From contig CBDDCA010000005.1 in NCBI GenBank assembly GCA_965226055.1, positions 576,001 to 640,000 of the forward strand: a stretch of 64,000 bases of DNA. Reading direction: 5' to 3'. Source of the DNA: Spirochaetia bacterium (GTDB lineage Bacteria; Spirochaetota; Spirochaetia; WTKD01; G963693115). Below are positions 1 to 11,395 of this stretch, one piece after another (positions within the stretch are counted from its first letter, which is position 1; each line of letters begins with the position of its first letter). Below the pieces are notes generated by a model, which was not told the DNA's origin, made no database searches, and saw only the letters and a program-made list of their open reading frames with translations. The position numbers were made by a program, and so were the translations under genes.

Positions 1-2
1 CA

Positions 3-1043
3 CTTATTTTCATACTCTTTAGTGTTATATCCTGTGCAAGCACAAGTAATACCGCTTCCTCCTCCAGCGACACTGCACAAGATAGACCTCAAACAACCAC
101 AGGAACATTGCCTACAGTGTTCCTAAACCCAAACGAAACATACAATAATGCCCTATACCTTGTTGCTGTAGGGAGCGGAGATAGTTTAGAACAGGCACGA
201 CAATCTGCATTATCAACGCTTTTACAACAAATTGAAGTGAGCATTGATACTAGCTTTGAGACAAACGAAAGCTATCAAGAATCATCTGGTTCTGCAGACA
301 TCAGTACACAAATATTTGATTCCTCTAAAAGCTCAAGTGCAGGCACACTCATAGCGGTAGAGTATGGAGAAAGCCATCAAGACAATGTGGGAAGATTATA
401 TGCTATTGCATATATCAACAGACAGAAAGTAGCCAATATTTATCGTGATAGAATTGAAAAAAATGAAAAAGAAATAGAACAGTTATTACAAAATGCAGCG
501 ACAAAAGAAAAGCTAGATCAATATGCTCAATATCTAAAAGCACTAAATCTTTCTAAAAAAAATCAAGCACTCATACAGCAGCTAGAGGTCATTTCTCCTA
601 TATCAGCAACAACACAAAAAAACAGCCCTACTACCATCAATGGCTTGCTACGCTCTGCTGCACAATCTTTGCAATTTTCCATTGAAACAAACATAGACAA
701 TGATGTAGCTGACATTGATTTACAGAATAAACTGACTTCTGCAGTGTCTGAACTCTTGAGCAATTTGCAATTTCAAATTGTAACAAGTGGAGAAACATAT
801 AGAGCTACTGCTTCTGTAAATTGGAGTGAAGAAACAAACGATTACCCAACTATTTTTTGGAATATTAACTTTACTATATCTGAAGTGATAGATGCAGACA
901 ATGGAGTTACCATTATTAGTAAAAACAAAAGAGGACGATCAAAGGGTATAAATACGGATGCTGCACGCAGACTTGCTATTAACGATATTTCTACAGTACT
1001 CAATAAAACATTTATTGAATACATTAAAACTACTATACCTTAG
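3..1043 (+). CDS. LPP20-like lipoprotein, 5' partial
   Basis: The frame of ORF 108..1043 is open back to the window edge ([15 protein letters not shown]), giving a hydrophobic signal plus lipobox Cys. The 'VAVGSG...ARQSAL..L.QQI' segment resembles LPP20. Confidence 0.6.
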   Translation, partial: LIFILFSVISCASTSNTASSSSDTAQDRPQTTTGTLPTVFLNPNETYNNALYLVAVGSGDSLEQARQSALSTLLQQIEVSIDTSFETNESYQESSGSADISTQIFDSSKSSSAGTLIAVEYGESHQDNVGRLYAIAYINRQKVANIYRDRIEKNEKEIEQLLQNAATKEKLDQYAQYLKALNLSKKNQALIQQLEVISPISATTQKNSPTTINGLLRSAAQSLQFSIETNIDNDVADIDLQNKLTSAVSELLSNLQFQIVTSGETYRATASVNWSEETNDYPTIFWNINFTISEVIDADNGVTIISKNKRGRSKGINTDAARRLAINDISTVLNKTFIEYIKTTIP

Positions 1044-1663
1044 TTGCTATCAGTAGAGTTGGTATCTGCAAGTATTTGTGGTGGAGACCTCCCTTCTTCC
1101 ACAAAAATAAGTGCTAAAGAATTCATACAATAGCGAAGTCCCGTAGGCCTTGGACCATCTTCAAATACATGTCCTAAATGAGAACCACTTTTAGAATCTA
1201 TAACCTCAATACGGATAATACCAAAACGTTTATCCACCCGATACCGTACCGCATCATCATGAATTGGTCTTATAAAACTTGGCCAGCCAGTACCAGAATC
1301 AAACTTATCTTCTGAAGAAAAGAGTGGTTGTCCTGTTGCAGCAGAATAGTATGTGCCTTTTTTATAAAATTTATCATATTCACCACTAAAAGCTCTTTCT
1401 GTTCCTTCTTCTCGAAGAATACGAAATTGCTGAGGGCTGAGTATTTGCTTCCATTCTTCTTTGCTCATTTGAACAGGAAAAGTTGCTTCTTTGGAAACAA
1501 AAAGCTCCTCTTTTATCCAATCAAGTGCTTCGGGATATGCTCTCCGCTCCACACTTTTTATAGCTTGAGAAACTAATTCCTCTTTATTAGATGAAAAAAA
1601 ACTAGAAAACATAATAGCCGTCCCTATCAGTAAAAATATATATAAAAATTTTGAGAGTCTCAT
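1040..1663 (-). CDS. msrB: Peptide-methionine (R)-S-oxide reductase with N-terminal signal/TM segment
   Basis: Motifs [27 protein letters not shown] and RYCMNS. Start placed at ATG 1663 (MRLSK), 7 nt after a TATAAT box. Confidence 0.93.
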   Translation of the reverse strand: MRLSKFLYIFLLIGTAIMFSSFFSSNKEELVSQAIKSVERRAYPEALDWIKEELFVSKEATFPVQMSKEEWKQILSPQQFRILREEGTERAFSGEYDKFYKKGTYYSAATGQPLFSSEDKFDSGTGWPSFIRPIHDDAVRYRVDKRFGIIRIEVIDSKSGSHLGHVFEDGPRPTGLRYCMNSLALIFVEEGRSPPQILADTNSTDSN

Positions 1664-1701
1664 ACTATATATTATAATCATTTTGTGCTATATATCAATA
1701 T

Positions 1702-3714
1702 ATGATATCAAAAAATTTTGAATATGCTACAAAAGGACTTATCTGTTCTGCATCGGGGTGGAGAAAAAAATTTCTTCTTAGTAATAACTATTTACAAGAC
1801 TATGATGCTTTATTTTTTTATTATGCAATACAGAGCTTTATCTATCTGCAAGAAAAAGAACAAGCAAAGCTCATACACAATGCGAGCAATAGCAAAAATA
1901 CAACAGCACTTCAGTTTGCGGTTGCCCTTGATACCAGAGCAGCAAGTAAAGAGCTTGCCACCATAGCAATGTATGCTATACAACAGTATCAGTCAACAAC
2001 AATAAAGCAGCGTTCTGTGCGTCATAGCAGCAAGATGCTTGGCATAGTACCAATTCCTGCAGCACTTGCCTATACTAGCGTGCATGCAGATGCACTTATA
2101 TTTATAACAGCAAGCCATAATCCTAAAGAATACAGTGGCATAAAATTTTGTCAAGGGAATGGGCAAGTACTTGTACCAGAAAAAAATAAAAAATTGGTAT
2201 CTTTATGTATGAACACGACAAAAAAGGTATTGCATAACACCATAAGCAATGAACAAAAAGAGCTGTTATCTCTCATACGATCAAATTTAGTTACTACAGA
2301 GCATAAGAAAACATCTCATATTCTGTCAACTACTCCTGCAGACGCTACTAACAATACCATAGATATGCATACTATACATACTACGATAACAAAAGAATAT
2401 GCTACCATACTTGATAAAGCAGTACTCCGTAATAGCTCTCATCAGTCATATGAACATACTCAAAAACTTTTTATGCAAAAAATAAAAGCATACAAAAAGC
2501 ATTTACAAGTCCATCCTGCTCTGATATGGGATGTAAACGGGGGAGCTCGCTGTTGGAAAGGAGATACTACAATTTTTAAGCAATATGGAATACCAGTGCA
2601 GAGAATAAATACTAAACCAGGAGTATTTACCCATGAAATCGTCCCTGAAGGGACTGCTTTAGAACAGGCATCATACACTTTGCATGCTTATAATACAAAA
2701 AAAGCTACTTCTTCTATAAAAAATAAGAACATGTATTTATTTGCAATGATTAGCGACTGTGATGGAGATAGAGGAAATACTATACTGTATGATTTTGAAA
2801 AGCAATCATGCAAAACTTTATCAGCTCAAGAAATTTTTGCTCTTATTCTTACGATAGAGCTAGCATGGGAGCATTTTATTCAAAACAATAGTGCTTCTGA
2901 CACTACTTCTGATACTACAGCTCAAAAGAAACATGTACAGCAAACATTAGCAGTAGTGATAAATGATGCAAGTTCTGTAAGAATAGACACTATTGCACAA
3001 CAATACTCTGTTCCTGTATTTCGAAGTGAAGTGGGAGAAGCAAATATAGTATCACTTGCTTCAGAACTAAGAAAAAAGAATTTCACTATTCCATTGTCAG
3101 GAGAGGCTTCTAATGGAGGTATCATTATGCACCCTTCTTTTGTACGTGATCCTCTGCATACCAGCTTTAGTCTCTTAAAAGCAGTATTGTTTTTTGAAGA
3201 ATTATTTCCTCATCTTAGTGCTTCCAAAGTACCACATAAAACACAGCACATAAGCAATACTATAAACCCTCTTATACTTCTTGCTCGCTCTTTGCCGAAA
3301 GCGGCTAGTACTTCTACTGAGGATGCATTAGCAAAGCTCACTATTCCTATAATATCTATGTCGCAGGTATTTTACCGCATTATACATAACAGCAAACCGC
3401 TTATCAAAACTATCAGTACTCTTTTTAAGAATAAAGGCATAACACTTGATTCTCATGCTTTTATTGCCCATTCAGGAAAAAAACACACTGTTATACAGAC
3501 CGATACTCTTATAGAGAACAATACACTCAATGGTGGGCTTTCTCTCTATTTCTATGCACAGCAACACAGTCCTATAGCTATGCTGTGGTTACGAAAAAGT
3601 GCTACAGAACCAGTGGTACGTATTATTGCTGATGTTGTAGGAAACCATGCTTTCTCTCTGGAACGAGCATTATTAAAGCTATGGAGAACATACATAACCA
3701 CCATTCTTACATAA
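1702..3714 (+). CDS. Phosphoglucomutase/phosphomannomutase-family protein
   Basis: SASGWR, DTR, ITASHNP (catalytic Ser), DCDGDR metal loop, VGEAN, GEASNGG and RKSATEP motifs. Confidence 0.88.
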   Translation: MISKNFEYATKGLICSASGWRKKFLLSNNYLQDYDALFFYYAIQSFIYLQEKEQAKLIHNASNSKNTTALQFAVALDTRAASKELATIAMYAIQQYQSTTIKQRSVRHSSKMLGIVPIPAALAYTSVHADALIFITASHNPKEYSGIKFCQGNGQVLVPEKNKKLVSLCMNTTKKVLHNTISNEQKELLSLIRSNLVTTEHKKTSHILSTTPADATNNTIDMHTIHTTITKEYATILDKAVLRNSSHQSYEHTQKLFMQKIKAYKKHLQVHPALIWDVNGGARCWKGDTTIFKQYGIPVQRINTKPGVFTHEIVPEGTALEQASYTLHAYNTKKATSSIKNKNMYLFAMISDCDGDRGNTILYDFEKQSCKTLSAQEIFALILTIELAWEHFIQNNSASDTTSDTTAQKKHVQQTLAVVINDASSVRIDTIAQQYSVPVFRSEVGEANIVSLASELRKKNFTIPLSGEASNGGIIMHPSFVRDPLHTSFSLLKAVLFFEELFPHLSASKVPHKTQHISNTINPLILLARSLPKAASTSTEDALAKLTIPIISMSQVFYRIIHNSKPLIKTISTLFKNKGITLDSHAFIAHSGKKHTVIQTDTLIENNTLNGGLSLYFYAQQHSPIAMLWLRKSATEPVVRIIADVVGNHAFSLERALLKLWRTYITTILT

Positions 3715-3730
3715 ACAAACAAGGCTATTG

Positions 3731-5056
3731 CTAGGAGATTTGTGATAGAGCTTGCTTAAAATCATCAATAATATCGTCACTATGTTCAATGCCAACAGAT
3801 ACTCTGATAAGTTCGGGAGAAATGCCTGTTGCTTTCATTTCGTCTTGACTTAACTGATTGTGAGTAGTTGAGGCGGGATGTATGGCAAGTGTTTTTGCAT
3901 CGCCTACATTGGCAAGATGGCTTGCAAGCTGTAATGCTTCGACCATGCTTTTTCCTGCAGTTTCTCCTCCTTTTAATCCAAAAGCAAGCATGCTTCCAAA
4001 CAAGCCTTTTCGAAAATATTTCTTTGCACTTTCATATGAAGCATGAGATTGTAGTCCAGGATATGATACCCATGCTACCTTTTTATGTGTTTCTAAATAC
4101 TGTGCTAAGTGTAAGGCATTTTCACAATGTTTTTCAATTCGTAGCGATAGGGTTTCAAGCCCTAATAGCATGAGAAATGCATTAAATGGACTGAGTGAAG
4201 GGCCGTAGTGTTTTAGTGCTTCTCTGCGTAAAAAGCTAACAAGCACAGTATTCTTTCCTGTATGAGGCCCATACTCATCCCAAAATAGTATATCTTTATT
4301 CATAGGAGAGGGTTTTGAAAAATTAGGAAATTTATCGCTGTTCCAATTAAAATTACCAGCATCTATGACTATCCCTGCCAACGCAGTGCCATGCCCTCCT
4401 ATCCATTTTGTAGCAGAATGTACTACTACATTTGCTCCCCAATCAATAGGGCGACAAATATACCCGCCTCCACCAAAGGTATTGTCAATTACCAGAGGAA
4501 TACCATGCTTTGCTGATACTGTAGCAATGGCCTCTATATCTGGTATACTCAGATTAGGGTTACCAAGTGTTTCAATAAAGATACAACGAGTATTATCGTC
4601 TATATGTTTTTCATATTCTTCTGCTTGTGTTGAATCAACAAAACGTCCTTCTATGCCAAAACGTTTAAGGGAATATTTTAGCTGTATGGTTGTTCCACCA
4701 TACAAATGCGATGTAGATACAATATTATGCCCTACCCCCGCTATTGCGGTAAACGCAAGCATGAGAGCAGACATGCCAGTACTTGTTGCAATAGCATCAG
4801 TACCGCCTTCTAGCATTGCCATACGTTGTTCAAACACCTCAGTGGTAGGGTTTTTTTGTCGCGAATAGGTATAGCCTTCTTGTTTCTGCTCAAAAAGATT
4901 GGCTGCGTGTTCAGTGCTATCAAATACATATGATGTTGTCATATAAATAGGCACTGCACGGGCATTTCTATCCTTATGTGGAATAAGTCCTGCATGTAAC
5001 TGCTGAGTTTGAAAATGACATTTTGCTAAATGTTTCTTATTATCACGGTAAGACAT
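3731..5056 (-). CDS. metY: O-acetylhomoserine/O-acetylserine sulfhydrylase (Cys/Met metabolism PLP enzyme)
   Basis: AVPIYMTTSYVF, YSR..NPT, VHSATKWIGGHG (PLP Lys), LANVGDAKTL and IRVSVGIE motifs. Confidence 0.9.
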   Translation of the reverse strand: MSYRDNKKHLAKCHFQTQQLHAGLIPHKDRNARAVPIYMTTSYVFDSTEHAANLFEQKQEGYTYSRQKNPTTEVFEQRMAMLEGGTDAIATSTGMSALMLAFTAIAGVGHNIVSTSHLYGGTTIQLKYSLKRFGIEGRFVDSTQAEEYEKHIDDNTRCIFIETLGNPNLSIPDIEAIATVSAKHGIPLVIDNTFGGGGYICRPIDWGANVVVHSATKWIGGHGTALAGIVIDAGNFNWNSDKFPNFSKPSPMNKDILFWDEYGPHTGKNTVLVSFLRREALKHYGPSLSPFNAFLMLLGLETLSLRIEKHCENALHLAQYLETHKKVAWVSYPGLQSHASYESAKKYFRKGLFGSMLAFGLKGGETAGKSMVEALQLASHLANVGDAKTLAIHPASTTHNQLSQDEMKATGISPELIRVSVGIEHSDDIIDDFKQALSQIS

Positions 5057-5156
5057 ACCTATATATTACCATATGTTAATATAAAAAACAAGAAAATTAC
5101 AAAATGCCATTTTCTTCAATCAATATAGCATGCACTCTCTTTTTATATGTACTACC

Positions 5157-8100
5157 CTACGATGAGGGACATGCTACTTTATCAGATGTATCCCTTGGGT
5201 ACTGTGTTGTTTTCCCAAACATAGCTGAACCATCAAATATATCTTTTACTTTAACATTAATTTTACACAATTTCCATGATGATAAATCTTGATCAAAATT
5301 AATGGTATCTTCAAATATACCAGAAGCAAACCGAACATTCCCAACATTCCAATTTCCTATATCTTGATTAAAGGCTCTTGCGTCAAAAAACATAAGGGAC
5401 ATACTAGTTACTTCCTCAACATTCCAACTTCCTATGTCTTGATTAAAGGCTCTTGCTCCCCTAAACATACTATCCATAATTACTACTTTCCTTGTATCCC
5501 AATCTCCTATGTCTTGATTAAAAGCAGTTGCTTTTTTAAATACGCCCTCCATATTCGTTACATTACTGGTATTCCACCGTGTTACATCTCCATTAAAAGT
5601 ACTATCACTATCAAATAAACTTTGTATATTAGTAATGGCACTGGTGTCTATCATGTTGAGGTTGGGGCTAGGGTTACTATTCCCTCCTGTAGCTTGCCTT
5701 GTTTTTTCTTCACTGATAATAGTTTGCAGTGCTGATTTTGTCGTTGGTCTGTAATAGCTAGCTACTTGTCCTGCTAGTTTTACAAGTCCTGTCTCTACAT
5801 TGATAGTCGCAAGTGCTTTTTGTCCCGAGTATGCTCCCGCAGAAGTAATCGTACACTCCACTACCTCGTAGTTATACTCAGTTATAGCTGTATCATGTAT
5901 GTTTGATTTATTTGCTGTGCCTGTTATTGTTATTGTATTGGTATTTTTTGCAAATGTTACTGTTAGGCCTGTTTCTTCTTTGAGTGTGCTGTTATCGTTA
6001 TCTATTGTGCTTTCATCACAGGTAAAGGTAAGTCCACTAGGACTGATACTGGTAAGTACTCTCGTTGTATTTTGTGCGAGTGCTGTGCCTACTGTTGCTG
6101 ATACCTTTGTGGCATTTCCTATTGATACTGCTGGCGTACTGGCAGATACTGCTGTTGCTTCTGCTGATACCTTTGTCTTTTTGAGGCTGTTTACTGCTAC
6201 TGCGGTGATATAGTACTTTGTATTCAATCGTAGATTGCGTATTGTATAGCTTGTTGCTCCTGTTGGCACATCGTCTTTTTCTGCTCCTTCTTGTGCATCG
6301 CTTGCTGCTTTTGCCTGTGTTTTTACTGTTACTCCATCTATGTCTGTTTTTGAGGCTGCATAATACACTATATAGTCTATTTGATTATCTCTTAAATCAG
6401 TTCCTTCTGCTGTCGTTCCTTTTACGGTTGGGGCTGTTATGGTAAGTACTATGGTTACTCCTTGTGCAGTTGCTTGTATGGTAGGCTTTCCTGGTGATGC
6501 ATAGGCTTCTTTTGCGATAAACTCCTTGCGTAGTCCTGTTGCTTCTTTGTTGGTATCAGTGCTGTTTACTGCTTGCACTACTATTTCGTAGCTTGTGCCT
6601 ACTGTCAATCCTGTCAGAGTGCTGTTGGTTGTGCCTGCTGCTACTGCTGTGGAGCTTCCTGCTGCTGTTTTTATTTGTGCTACTGTCCTTGTTGTACTGC
6701 CATTTTTAGCTACTTTGTATACTTTGTACGATACTTGTGCTGTTGTTAGGGTAGCTCCTTTATTTGTTTTGTGACTTGCACTGAGGCTGGGAGCTGTCCA
6801 CGATAGCCTTGCACTTCCTCCTGTTACTCCCCCTACTTGTATGTTGCTTACTTCTGCGGGGGCAGTCGCCTGCGATGCTGTCGTTACGCTTGCCACTGTT
6901 GAGGATGCTACTTTCTTGCTAGGGTCTGTTTTTACTGCTACTTCTACCACAAAGTAATACTTTGTCGCTCCTTTTATTGCTACTACTGGTGCTGTGTCTG
7001 AAGACAAGCCTAAACTGGCAAGGGCTGGTACTGTGTACACTCCGCTACTTGCACTGCCTAGGTTTACTTTTCTGCCTGCAAGTACTTCTGCTACTGTAGG
7101 GTCAGTGTCTTTCTGTAAGCCATACACTGTGTATACTAGCTGATTACTTGCTGTTATGCTTGTGCCATCGTAGTCTTTTGCTCCTGTAAATGTGCTTAGC
7201 TCGGTAAGTACCAGCTTTATTGTTCCTGCTGTGTTTGTTGACTGTGATACTACCAACTTTCCTGTGAGTAATGACTGGCTGGGTGCTACTGCTTTGGAAG
7301 TATAGACTTCCTTTATTTCTGTTACATCGGTGTAAAAGCCTGCAGGAAAGAGCTTGTCGCTATTTGTTGCATCGTAATTGGGGGATGTCGTGTTTACTAT
7401 CCTTACTCCTATGTAGTAGTCTTTTGCTGTTTCTATGGGCGTTGCTCCTGCATTGCTTCCACTGGTGCTGTCTACTATTGCTATGGATATTGTGTCTTGA
7501 GTTGTTCCTGTTGCTTTTGTGTATTTTGCTACTCTTGTACTGCTTTTCTCTGTTGCCCATAAAGCCGATACGCTGGCAGGCTTTCCTGTAGTATCTTCTT
7601 TCTTGAGATATAGCACATAGTAGGCAAGGTCTGTCGCTTCAAGGGCATTGCCATTTGCCTTGCTCACTCCTGCTATTGCTGAGGCATTTACTTGTACTGT
7701 TATGACTTTTTTCCCTCTATTGCCTCCTGAAGTAGGCACTGCAAATACTACTGCATTACTGTTAGTGTAGGTGGTGCTTTTTGGGGTATTTGGTGGTGCA
7801 GTAAGTGTTGCTTTCTTTATTGTTGCTGATGCTCCTGTACTATACGAAGGGTTGAGGCTGTTTATCGCTTCTACTCCTGCGGTATAGTCTGCTCCTTTTG
7901 TTCCTATAAATGTTGCTTTTAATGGAGTGCTGTTTCCTGCTAGCTCCCGTGTTTGTACTCCTGCAAGGGCTTTTATTTCGTCTAGTGTCTTTGTGCTATG
8001 ATCTCCTGCTGCTATGTATACTTTGTATTGTATTTGTGCCTGTGTGAGTTTTGCTCCACTAGGTGCTTTGTTATCATTAGTAATAGTACCTGCACTAAAT

Positions 8101-10283
8101 GTATAGGCTGCTTTTGCAGTTGTTTGGGTTACTGACTCTACGGAGAGCTTTGCATCTTTTGCAGCGGGCGGTGCTGTCGAGGTGCTATCGTATACTGCTA
8201 CTGCATCAGCAAGTGCGGTTACGGGGCTTACTCTGTTATTTGCTATTTGCAGAAAATCAAAGCGATAATTCTTGGCATTTGCTTGGCTCTTGGGTACTTC
8301 TACGCCATCTGCTATCCCAAAGCTAATGGTGGTTGCTGTGTTTGTTATGCTTTTTTCTGCTATTAAGGTAGCTCCATCTTTCATACGCAAAGTATAGTAT
8401 CGTCCTATGCCTGGAGCTTGCTTAAAAGTTGCTTTTATCTGTATAGCTCCTGTTGTGTCTAGGGTAGGCTTGCTTTGAAAGAGATCTTCTGAGGGAGCTG
8501 TGAGTGAGTTGGGGGTTGTTATGTCTTTTGTTGCTTGGCTACTTTTGTTTTCTGAGTAATCAAGCGTGAGTATTGTTATGGTATATGTTTTTCCTTGCAC
8601 AAGTTCTTCTACAGAGAGTGATGTTGTGGGATAGGGTATTTTTTTTTCGCTCAGTACTGTAGTGCTTGTGTCTTTTTCTGCTATGCTCACGCTGTACTCT
8701 TTTATGTCTTTGTTGTTGGCTTTTGTTGCATCGGGGGCTGTCCATGTTATCTGTGTGCCTATCTTTGCTGCTGATACAAAAGGATAGCTTGCTTGTATGC
8801 TTGTTACTGCATCGGGGGCGGTGCTATCTGCTTCTGTGCTGACTGTGGCTGTTGCTTCTGTTCCTTTGTTGCCTGCACTGTCCATTGATACGACTGCCAC
8901 TGTATACTCGGTGGTTGCTTTGAGGCCTGGTATCTGCGTGTTGCGTACTGTTCTCTCTGTTATTGTCACTGTCTTTGCCGCGGTACTGCTGTCTTTTTCT
9001 GTTGCTGTTATAGTCACTCCTGCGTAGTCTCGTACATCGGGGGCTTGCCAGCCTACTACTAGGCTTGTTGCTCCTCCTGTGGCACTCACATTGCTTACAG
9101 GCTCTGTGCTTTTGTCGGTTGTTGCTTGTTCTTTTGATACTGCAGTGGAGTACTTTCCGTTTTTAAAAACATACACTTCTACTTTGTAGGTAAGCGTGCC
9201 ATAGAGTTTTGTGAGTGCTATGCCATCCTTTGCTACATACACAGTGGCGTACTCTCTGTTGTCTGCACTTGCTCCGCTGACATTTGTTGCACTTGTGTCT
9301 TTATCTATTGTCTCCTCTGCTACTACTGTATTTGTTGCGGTTGCTGTTACTCGTACTTGGAGGCTTTTTTCTGTACTTCCTGTTCCAAAATCAAAACTCC
9401 CCCACGTAATAAGCAGGCTTTCATCGGCTGGACTATTGCTTTTATCGTTTGCTGTTACTGTAAGGTCTGATGCGGAAAGTGGCGTTACTGTTTGTGAGAG
9501 TGCTGATGGCACTATGCCTCTGAGTGCTTGCTTTGCCGTACTTTTGTTACCATTGCTATCTTTGTACACTACCACTATATCATAGCTGATGCCGTCTATA
9601 GTGGGGACAGCAATGCTCACCTCTCCTTGTGTTACATCTTGTACTGATACTTCTGTCCTTACATTAGTAGTTCTTTCTATCACCTGTATTGTGGCTTCTG
9701 CTATGTCTGTCTTGCCTGACGAAAGCAGTGCTTTGTCCCATGTTAGCTTTATGCCATTTGTTGCTGATTCTACTGCTACCTGTGTAAAGGTGTCCTGTGG
9801 TGCAGTTTCATCGGTTAGTGTTGTCACAGAGCGGGTTGTTTTTGGTGATACTTCTGAGTCTGATTTTTGTGCTTCTATCTCTACAGTATAATCAGTGGTA
9901 GCATGCAAGCCTCTGAGGGTGTAGGGTCTGTTTTGTTGAAACAATGCACGATATTCTATTGCAGGAATACGCACTTCTATTGATTGTGCTGGTGTCGTTG
10001 ATGTAGCTTTTACGACTACATGCGTAGCATCGCTTGGAGCTTGCCAGCGTAACGAGAGTGTCCCATCGTTGCCTGCTGCTTGTATCTGCACATTGGACAC
10101 TGATGCGAGTGTCGGTGTTACTGAATTTCCCCCTCCGCCTGATGAGGAACTGCTACTCTCTGCACATCCTACGAGTACGAGGGTAGTTATTGCTAGCACT
10201 ACTAGTATAATTAGAGTTATACTATACTTACTTTGTAGCTTACCATTTATCTGATAGTTTAGTTTTTCATTACTTTTTTTCAT
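5157..10283 (-). CDS. Giant surface lipoprotein: Fn3/Ig-like domain stalk with a C-terminal BspA/DUF285 module
   Basis: Lipobox LVLVG-C and a Ser/Gly linker. Repeated Fn3 signatures (W.AP...Y....GL...T.Y...V.A). C-terminal 25-aa repeats (M..MF..A..FNQDIG.W). SD GGAG upstream. Confidence 0.8.
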   Translation of the reverse strand: MKKSNEKLNYQINGKLQSKYSITLIILVVLAITTLVLVGCAESSSSSSGGGGNSVTPTLASVSNVQIQAAGNDGTLSLRWQAPSDATHVVVKATSTTPAQSIEVRIPAIEYRALFQQNRPYTLRGLHATTDYTVEIEAQKSDSEVSPKTTRSVTTLTDETAPQDTFTQVAVESATNGIKLTWDKALLSSGKTDIAEATIQVIERTTNVRTEVSVQDVTQGEVSIAVPTIDGISYDIVVVYKDSNGNKSTAKQALRGIVPSALSQTVTPLSASDLTVTANDKSNSPADESLLITWGSFDFGTGSTEKSLQVRVTATATNTVVAEETIDKDTSATNVSGASADNREYATVYVAKDGIALTKLYGTLTYKVEVYVFKNGKYSTAVSKEQATTDKSTEPVSNVSATGGATSLVVGWQAPDVRDYAGVTITATEKDSSTAAKTVTITERTVRNTQIPGLKATTEYTVAVVSMDSAGNKGTEATATVSTEADSTAPDAVTSIQASYPFVSAAKIGTQITWTAPDATKANNKDIKEYSVSIAEKDTSTTVLSEKKIPYPTTSLSVEELVQGKTYTITILTLDYSENKSSQATKDITTPNSLTAPSEDLFQSKPTLDTTGAIQIKATFKQAPGIGRYYTLRMKDGATLIAEKSITNTATTISFGIADGVEVPKSQANAKNYRFDFLQIANNRVSPVTALADAVAVYDSTSTAPPAAKDAKLSVESVTQTTAKAAYTFSAGTITNDNKAPSGAKLTQAQIQYKVYIAAGDHSTKTLDEIKALAGVQTRELAGNSTPLKATFIGTKGADYTAGVEAINSLNPSYSTGASATIKKATLTAPPNTPKSTTYTNSNAVVFAVPTSGGNRGKKVITVQVNASAIAGVSKANGNALEATDLAYYVLYLKKEDTTGKPASVSALWATEKSSTRVAKYTKATGTTQDTISIAIVDSTSGSNAGATPIETAKDYYIGVRIVNTTSPNYDATNSDKLFPAGFYTDVTEIKEVYTSKAVAPSQSLLTGKLVVSQSTNTAGTIKLVLTELSTFTGAKDYDGTSITASNQLVYTVYGLQKDTDPTVAEVLAGRKVNLGSASSGVYTVPALASLGLSSDTAPVVAIKGATKYYFVVEVAVKTDPSKKVASSTVASVTTASQATAPAEVSNIQVGGVTGGSARLSWTAPSLSASHKTNKGATLTTAQVSYKVYKVAKNGSTTRTVAQIKTAAGSSTAVAAGTTNSTLTGLTVGTSYEIVVQAVNSTDTNKEATGLRKEFIAKEAYASPGKPTIQATAQGVTIVLTITAPTVKGTTAEGTDLRDNQIDYIVYYAASKTDIDGVTVKTQAKAASDAQEGAEKDDVPTGATSYTIRNLRLNTKYYITAVAVNSLKKTKVSAEATAVSASTPAVSIGNATKVSATVGTALAQNTTRVLTSISPSGLTFTCDESTIDNDNSTLKEETGLTVTFAKNTNTITITGTANKSNIHDTAITEYNYEVVECTITSAGAYSGQKALATINVETGLVKLAGQVASYYRPTTKSALQTIISEEKTRQATGGNSNPSPNLNMIDTSAITNIQSLFDSDSTFNGDVTRWNTSNVTNMEGVFKKATAFNQDIGDWDTRKVVIMDSMFRGARAFNQDIGSWNVEEVTSMSLMFFDARAFNQDIGNWNVGNVRFASGIFEDTINFDQDLSSWKLCKINVKVKDIFDGSAMFGKTTQYPRDTSDKVACPSS

Positions 10284-10388
10284 AATGTTCTCCTTATAAT
10301 TATCTATTTATTGTATAATTATTATTATACATTATACACAAATATCATTATAGCATAAATACTATTTTTTGTGTTATATCTAAAAATT

Positions 10389-10405
10389 AAAAAAAAAAAA
10401 AAAAA
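10389..10405. repeat. A17 homopolymer (poly-T on the coding strand) upstream of the giant lipoprotein gene
   Basis: Seen directly, about 105 nt upstream of the start at 10283. Confidence 0.85.
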
Positions 10406-10456
10406 TGCGATGAAATACACAAAAATACATAGTAAAAAGTGATAATAACGCTACAT

Positions 10457-11395
10457 TCAATACCAAAATTCTTTTACTATATTTCTAAATTTAAGATGTT
10501 GTTTGCTCGGTTTTTTAAATAATAACTTTACTGCAGATAAAAAATATCGTATATCAATACATATACACTTTAAGAAATTTATCAGCTTGTTACCTATTGA
10601 TTCTCGCATACATATTCCATACATTTCTAATTTATTTTTTTGAGAAAAAGAGACACGTTTACTATGGATTTTTCTTACCCTATAGTATGCACTTAGCTCT
10701 ATCTTATAATTATTTTTATACCCACGTAGTCCAAAATCAAATAACTGTACCCATGGATCTAGTATAGTACTATCTATTCCTCCGATACTTAAAAAATATT
10801 CACGGTTATAAATTCCTATAAAATCATGAGGAAACAAAGTATAAGGAAAATGAGGGTTAGTATTATTTTTTGCTATTTTGATTCCACCAAAAGTCAACTG
10901 AGGCGTATACACCGAAAAAATACGATGTGCAGTCTCATCCTCAAGAGCAGGTACTGTACAAAGAGAATAATTAAAAATATCTCGCTCTAATGCTCTCACT
11001 GACATACCGTAGGGATCAATATCAGTCCAAGAAATAAATATTTTATCACTCACACAAGAGGTAAATGTTTTATTTATCACATTAGCAATAGGGCTTGTAT
11101 CTTCTGCATATTCATCTTGCACTAAATGTAAAAATTGTATTGTAGGAAATTGATCGACTAAATTCTTATCAAACTGTGTTCCATCCGAATTTGCTACCAC
11201 AATATTTTTTGTGCCAAAGGACATATATGTTTGTATACTGGCACTTATATTTAAGTCTACATTTTTCACATCATGTAACAATAGGATATGAACCTGCATT
11301 GATTTAGCAGAGTTCTTTACCCCATCCTGTGCTATATAAAATACCGGATCTATAAAATTCCGTTTTTTAGGCATTGAATGTATAGTATTCATCAC
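10457..11395 (-). CDS. Glycosyltransferase family 2-like protein (divergent)
   Basis: 'IYNREYFLSIGGIDS....DFGLR' resembles the GT2 C-terminal motif. Overlaps the spiro-SPASM gene. Confidence 0.5.
   Translation of the reverse strand: MMNTIHSMPKKRNFIDPVFYIAQDGVKNSAKSMQVHILLLHDVKNVDLNISASIQTYMSFGTKNIVVANSDGTQFDKNLVDQFPTIQFLHLVQDEYAEDTSPIANVINKTFTSCVSDKIFISWTDIDPYGMSVRALERDIFNYSLCTVPALEDETAHRIFSVYTPQLTFGGIKIAKNNTNPHFPYTLFPHDFIGIYNREYFLSIGGIDSTILDPWVQLFDFGLRGYKNNYKIELSAYYRVRKIHSKRVSFSQKNKLEMYGICMRESIGNKLINFLKCICIDIRYFLSAVKLLFKKPSKQHLKFRNIVKEFWY

Noticed and set aside
5289-10254. Plus-strand ORFs opposite the giant lipoprotein
   Set aside because: Antisense open frames caused by biased codon use; no motifs.
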